From NCBI GenBank assembly GCA_977020255.1, contig CDROCS010000506.1, positions 3,596,001-3,660,000 on the forward strand: a stretch of 64,000 nt of DNA. Direction: 5' to 3'. This document shows positions 60,705 through 64,000 of the stretch, piece after piece. Below the pieces are notes generated by a model, which was not told the DNA's origin, did no database searches, and worked only from the letters and a program-made list of their open reading frames with translations. The DNA comes from Obrimoposthia wandeli. Its lineage: Eukaryota. A program made the translations under genes and the position numbers. Position 1 is the stretch's first letter. Each line of letters opens with the position of its first letter.

Positions 60705-60749
60705 AACGCTAATTGATTACTATTTATAGTAACTGGTTGGCGTTTTTTT
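60705..60749 (+). terminator. Intrinsic terminator after tRNA-Ser
   Basis: AACGCTAATTGATTACTA...TAGTAACTGGTTGGCGTT plus T-run. Confidence 0.8.
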
Positions 60750-60848
60750 ATACCTGTTTTTCACATAATCAACATTTTTTTCACTAATCCTCAGTTAACT
60801 TCATTATTATAGCCAGACATCTATTCAGCCTATTTGAGAATTCAGTTT

Positions 60849-61364
60849 ATGAATCAATCTATCTGTCATCGTCTTCGCGACTTTTTTATTTCTACTTCTA
60901 TTATTATCAGTGTTGTTTTTTCAACCGCAGTATTTGCTGAGAATAGTGCCAAACTTGCCCCTGATTTTTCATTACCCGGTGTTAATAATAGCCAAATAAA
61001 TCTTGCTGATTATCGCGGTAAAGTAGTGTTGGTCGATTTTTGGGCTTCATGGTGTACACCGTGTATTCGTTCGTTCCCGTGGATGGATGAAATGGTTGAA
61101 AAATATGGCGAGCAGGGCTTTGAAATTATCGCCATTAATATGGATCAAGAAGCCATTCTTGCGAAGAAGTTCTTAACACGCTACCCGAATAAATTGACTA
61201 TCGCCTTTGATCCACAAGGCGAGGTTGCGGAGCAGTATGAAATCATGGGCTTACCAAATTCGTTTATACTTAATAAACAAGGTGAGATTGTGTATAAGCA
61301 CGTCGGTTTTAGGTTATCAGAATTAGACAAATACGAAGCCGAGATCTTATCGTTATTACCGTAA
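60849..61364 (+). CDS. TlpA-family thiol:disulfide oxidoreductase (exported)
   Basis: Signal peptide, APDFSL, VDFWASWCTPC, GLPNSFIL; ATG 60849 preferred. Confidence 0.92.
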   Translation: MNQSICHRLRDFFISTSIIISVVFSTAVFAENSAKLAPDFSLPGVNNSQINLADYRGKVVLVDFWASWCTPCIRSFPWMDEMVEKYGEQGFEIIAINMDQEAILAKKFLTRYPNKLTIAFDPQGEVAEQYEIMGLPNSFILNKQGEIVYKHVGFRLSELDKYEAEILSLLP

Positions 61365-61494
61365 TGATAAGAATCGTTAAAACATCATTGATAGAAGTAA
61401 ATTGATAGAAGTAAATGAGTAGTCATAACTTATAGAAAGCTCTTATATAAGTAATTTTTTATAAGTAATTGTTTATTTAATGTTTGGAGCGGCT

Positions 61495-61707
61495 ATGAGA
61501 CGGATTTTATTATTAGCCTGTATATTGAGTTTAACGGCCTGTTCGTCACTTGGGGTAAAACCTTGGGAACGTGACTTGCTGGCTAAACCAGAAATGCAGC
61601 TTGCAGAAAACCCAATGGAAATGGGGTTTGACGACCATACCTATTTTAGTAAAGAAGGCTCAAGTGGCGGCGGTAGCTTTGCTGGTGGAGGTTGCGGATG
61701 CAACTAA
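61495..61707 (+). CDS. DUF4266-like small lipoprotein
   Basis: Lipobox LTA-C, VKPWERDLLA, terminal GGGCGCN. Confidence 0.85.
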   Translation: MRRILLLACILSLTACSSLGVKPWERDLLAKPEMQLAENPMEMGFDDHTYFSKEGSSGGGSFAGGGCGCN

Positions 61708-62996
61708 AATGCCAGATTAAGAATAAAAGAAAGAGTCAAAGAAAGAGTAAAACTTTTGCTAACATTTCGCTGACCCTTGCTGCTGCGACATGTGTACTTA
61801 CGGCTCCTGCTATGGCTGAAACGCCTGAATTAGATAGCTGGGATGTCGACCTGGGGCTACTCATCTATGCTGAAAGTGATGACCAAGTGCAAGCTTATGA
61901 AGGTGCTCTTTCTGTTACTAAGCAAATTGATGACGAGCGCAGCATTAATGTCAAAGGTGTGATCGATGTGCTGACAGGGGCGTCACCCAATGGTGCGGTT
62001 GCTCAGAATAGAGCGCAAACCTTCACCCGGCCTTCTGGTAATGGAACCTATACAACGGCTGCGGGTGATACGCCGCTTGATGATACTTTTAAAGATACCC
62101 GCGTTGCCCTTAGTACCCAATATCAACAACAATTAAATCGCCTATGGTTATACTCTGGTGGTGCAAACGTGTCTAAAGAATACGATTACCTTGCGTTATC
62201 TATTAACAGTGCGCTAGCACGTGATTTTAATAATCGTAATACTACAGCGTCGTTCGGTGTTGCTTATGCCTACGATACTATTGAGCCTGAAGGCGGTATT
62301 CCTAATCCAGGCGTGCCTGTCGATGATTCTGATAATCGCTTAGAAGACAGTGAGACAAAGCAAACCCTAGATCTACTTTTGGGGTTAACGCAAGTGATTA
62401 ACCGCCAGACACTAATGCAATTAAACTATTCGATTAGTGATGTCAGTGGTTATCAAACTGACCCGTTTAAAATATTGTCTGTGGTTGATAGCGACGGTTG
62501 GGCAAATGATTATGTGTATGAAAGCCGCCCTGACCAGCGAACCAAACAAAGCCTATTTTGGCGCACCAAATATAACCTGCAACCATCTGGGCAAGTATTC
62601 GATGTCAGCTATCGCTATTTTTGGGATGATTGGGGTATGGCTTCACACACCATCGACAGTAAATGGCGGATGCCGCTGGCGAACAGCCACTTTATAGAAC
62701 CGCATATCCGTTATTATAATCAACAAGCAGCAGACTTCTATCAGGTTTATCTTGATGAAGGCCAGCCAATACCAGAATACATGACTGCTGACTATCGCTT
62801 AGGCGAATTACAAACCTATACCGTAGGGCTGAAATATGGCTTTCCGATTGCCGGTAATGAATTCAGCGTGCGACTTGAATATTACCTGACTCAAGTATCG
62901 GGTGATGAATCATTAGCTAAAGGGGCGGGGATGACGGGCGTTGATCTGTATCCAGACAAAAGCGCGGTTATGTTGCAGAGTTTCTATCGCTTCTAA
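61698..62996 (+). CDS. DUF3570-like outer-membrane beta-barrel with flavinylation motif
   Basis: MQL start overlapping the upstream stop, signal peptide, DVLTGASPNG, DDTFKDTR, YRYFWDDWG, terminal FYRF. Confidence 0.85.
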   Translation: MQLKCQIKNKRKSQRKSKTFANISLTLAAATCVLTAPAMAETPELDSWDVDLGLLIYAESDDQVQAYEGALSVTKQIDDERSINVKGVIDVLTGASPNGAVAQNRAQTFTRPSGNGTYTTAAGDTPLDDTFKDTRVALSTQYQQQLNRLWLYSGGANVSKEYDYLALSINSALARDFNNRNTTASFGVAYAYDTIEPEGGIPNPGVPVDDSDNRLEDSETKQTLDLLLGLTQVINRQTLMQLNYSISDVSGYQTDPFKILSVVDSDGWANDYVYESRPDQRTKQSLFWRTKYNLQPSGQVFDVSYRYFWDDWGMASHTIDSKWRMPLANSHFIEPHIRYYNQQAADFYQVYLDEGQPIPEYMTADYRLGELQTYTVGLKYGFPIAGNEFSVRLEYYLTQVSGDESLAKGAGMTGVDLYPDKSAVMLQSFYRF

Positions 62997-63024
62997 TATA
63001 GTAAGAATGTAAGAGGGATGTAGT

Positions 63025-63924
63025 TTGGGTAAAGCTTATAACTTAACGCGACAAGCTGATTACTGGCTCGGTGAATTCGCTGTCATGGCGAGTACCTGTC
63101 AGATATTGTTAGATGATGTGAGTGCCGCGCAAGCGGATCATCTTGTTGCGCTAGCCTATGCAGAAGCAAAACGTATTGAAGTTAAATACAGTCGCTTTCG
63201 TGATGATAATGTTATTGCTCGCCTCAATCATGCTAATGGTAGAACTGTACAGCTTGATGACGAAACGGTGCAGTTGATTAATTTAGCTGATTTATGTTTT
63301 AAACTCAGTGATGGTTTATTTGATATCAGCTCTGGAGTATTAGGCAAGATCTGGCATTTTAAGCAACAAACACAGCTACCGAGTGATGCCGATATTAGCG
63401 CTTTATTACCGAGTATCGGTTGGCAACAAGCGCAATGGCAAGCACCTTTATTAACCTTACCAGCAGGCATGAGAATTGACCTTGGCGGTATTGGCAAAGA
63501 GTACGCCGTCGATAAAGTCGCGCAGCTATTACAAAATGAAATGCAATCACAGCAAATCAATAGTGCATTTTTAGTTAACTTTGGTGGTGACATTTACGCC
63601 AATAAATTACGTCGTGATGGCGCTGCTTGGCAAGTCGCTATTGAAGACCCACAACATCTTGGCGCAAGTAAACTCATAGTGAATTTAACCCAAGGTGGAT
63701 TAGCGAGTAGCGGTGACAGCCAGCGTTTCATTGATGTTGGTGGTCAGCGTTATAGCCACATCTTAAACCCTCAAACAGGTTATCCCGTTGTTGGTGGCCC
63801 ACCTCAAGTTACTGTGTATGCCCAAAACTGTGTACAAGCGGGGATGCTGGCAACCATCGCGTTATTACAAGGTGAATTCGCTGAAGACTTCTTGAAAGCG
63901 CAAGATTGCCGTTATTGGTTATGA
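63025..63924 (+). CDS. apbE: ApbE-family FAD:protein FMN transferase
   Basis: YSRFR, FDIS, DLGGIGK, NFGGD, ASSGD, YSHILNPQTGYP. Confidence 0.92.
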   Translation: MGKAYNLTRQADYWLGEFAVMASTCQILLDDVSAAQADHLVALAYAEAKRIEVKYSRFRDDNVIARLNHANGRTVQLDDETVQLINLADLCFKLSDGLFDISSGVLGKIWHFKQQTQLPSDADISALLPSIGWQQAQWQAPLLTLPAGMRIDLGGIGKEYAVDKVAQLLQNEMQSQQINSAFLVNFGGDIYANKLRRDGAAWQVAIEDPQHLGASKLIVNLTQGGLASSGDSQRFIDVGGQRYSHILNPQTGYPVVGGPPQVTVYAQNCVQAGMLATIALLQGEFAEDFLKAQDCRYWL

Positions 63925-64000
63925 CTCAATACTAATGAGGTTATTTATAACGAGACTCTTTATAACGACCAAATCAAACTTGGTTTTGTGGTGTACCCGC

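Noticed and set aside
60602-64000. tRNA-Ser as attachment site of a prophage or genomic island
   Set aside because: No integrase after the tRNA and no second copy of its 3' end seen in the window; cannot be excluded beyond the edge

Overview
Mostly core chromosomal DNA from an AT-rich marine gammaproteobacterium. Gene content and order resemble Moritella/Psychromonas/Vibrionales, but the taxon cannot be confirmed from sequence alone. Left to right: 5' end of fhs; two alpha/beta hydrolases, a DMT transporter, DUF1456 and DUF2986; a REC-CheC / PAS-GGDEF pair; pxpABC followed by a TAXI-TRAP transporter and a USP; yciK-sohB-topA; a porin; a large MscS channel plus four glycosyltransferases and a histidine phosphatase; three tandem FadL channels; fbp; a moxR/bat operon with an 18-bp VNTR; fadIJ; a truncated Cache protein; a VOC protein; an orphan FimT-like pilin with a TPR-GAF-GGDEF cyclase; a bifunctional fatty acyl-CoA reductase; nrdD with two diverged nrdG copies; tRNA-Ser(TGA); and a TlpA-DUF4266-DUF3570-ApbE operon. 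No integrase, transposase, CRISPR array, rRNA or recognisable defence system was seen. Best leads: (1) a 3.1-kb islet (nrdG + LysR + small beta-barrel + lipoprotein) bounded by a perfect 40-bp direct repeat of the nrdD 3' end; (2) the MscS + 4 GT + phosphatase operon of unknown product; (3) the DUF3570/ApbE operon, with a DxxTGAS flavinylation motif and an ApbE that shows no signal peptide. All family assignments come from motifs read by eye; no database search was run.
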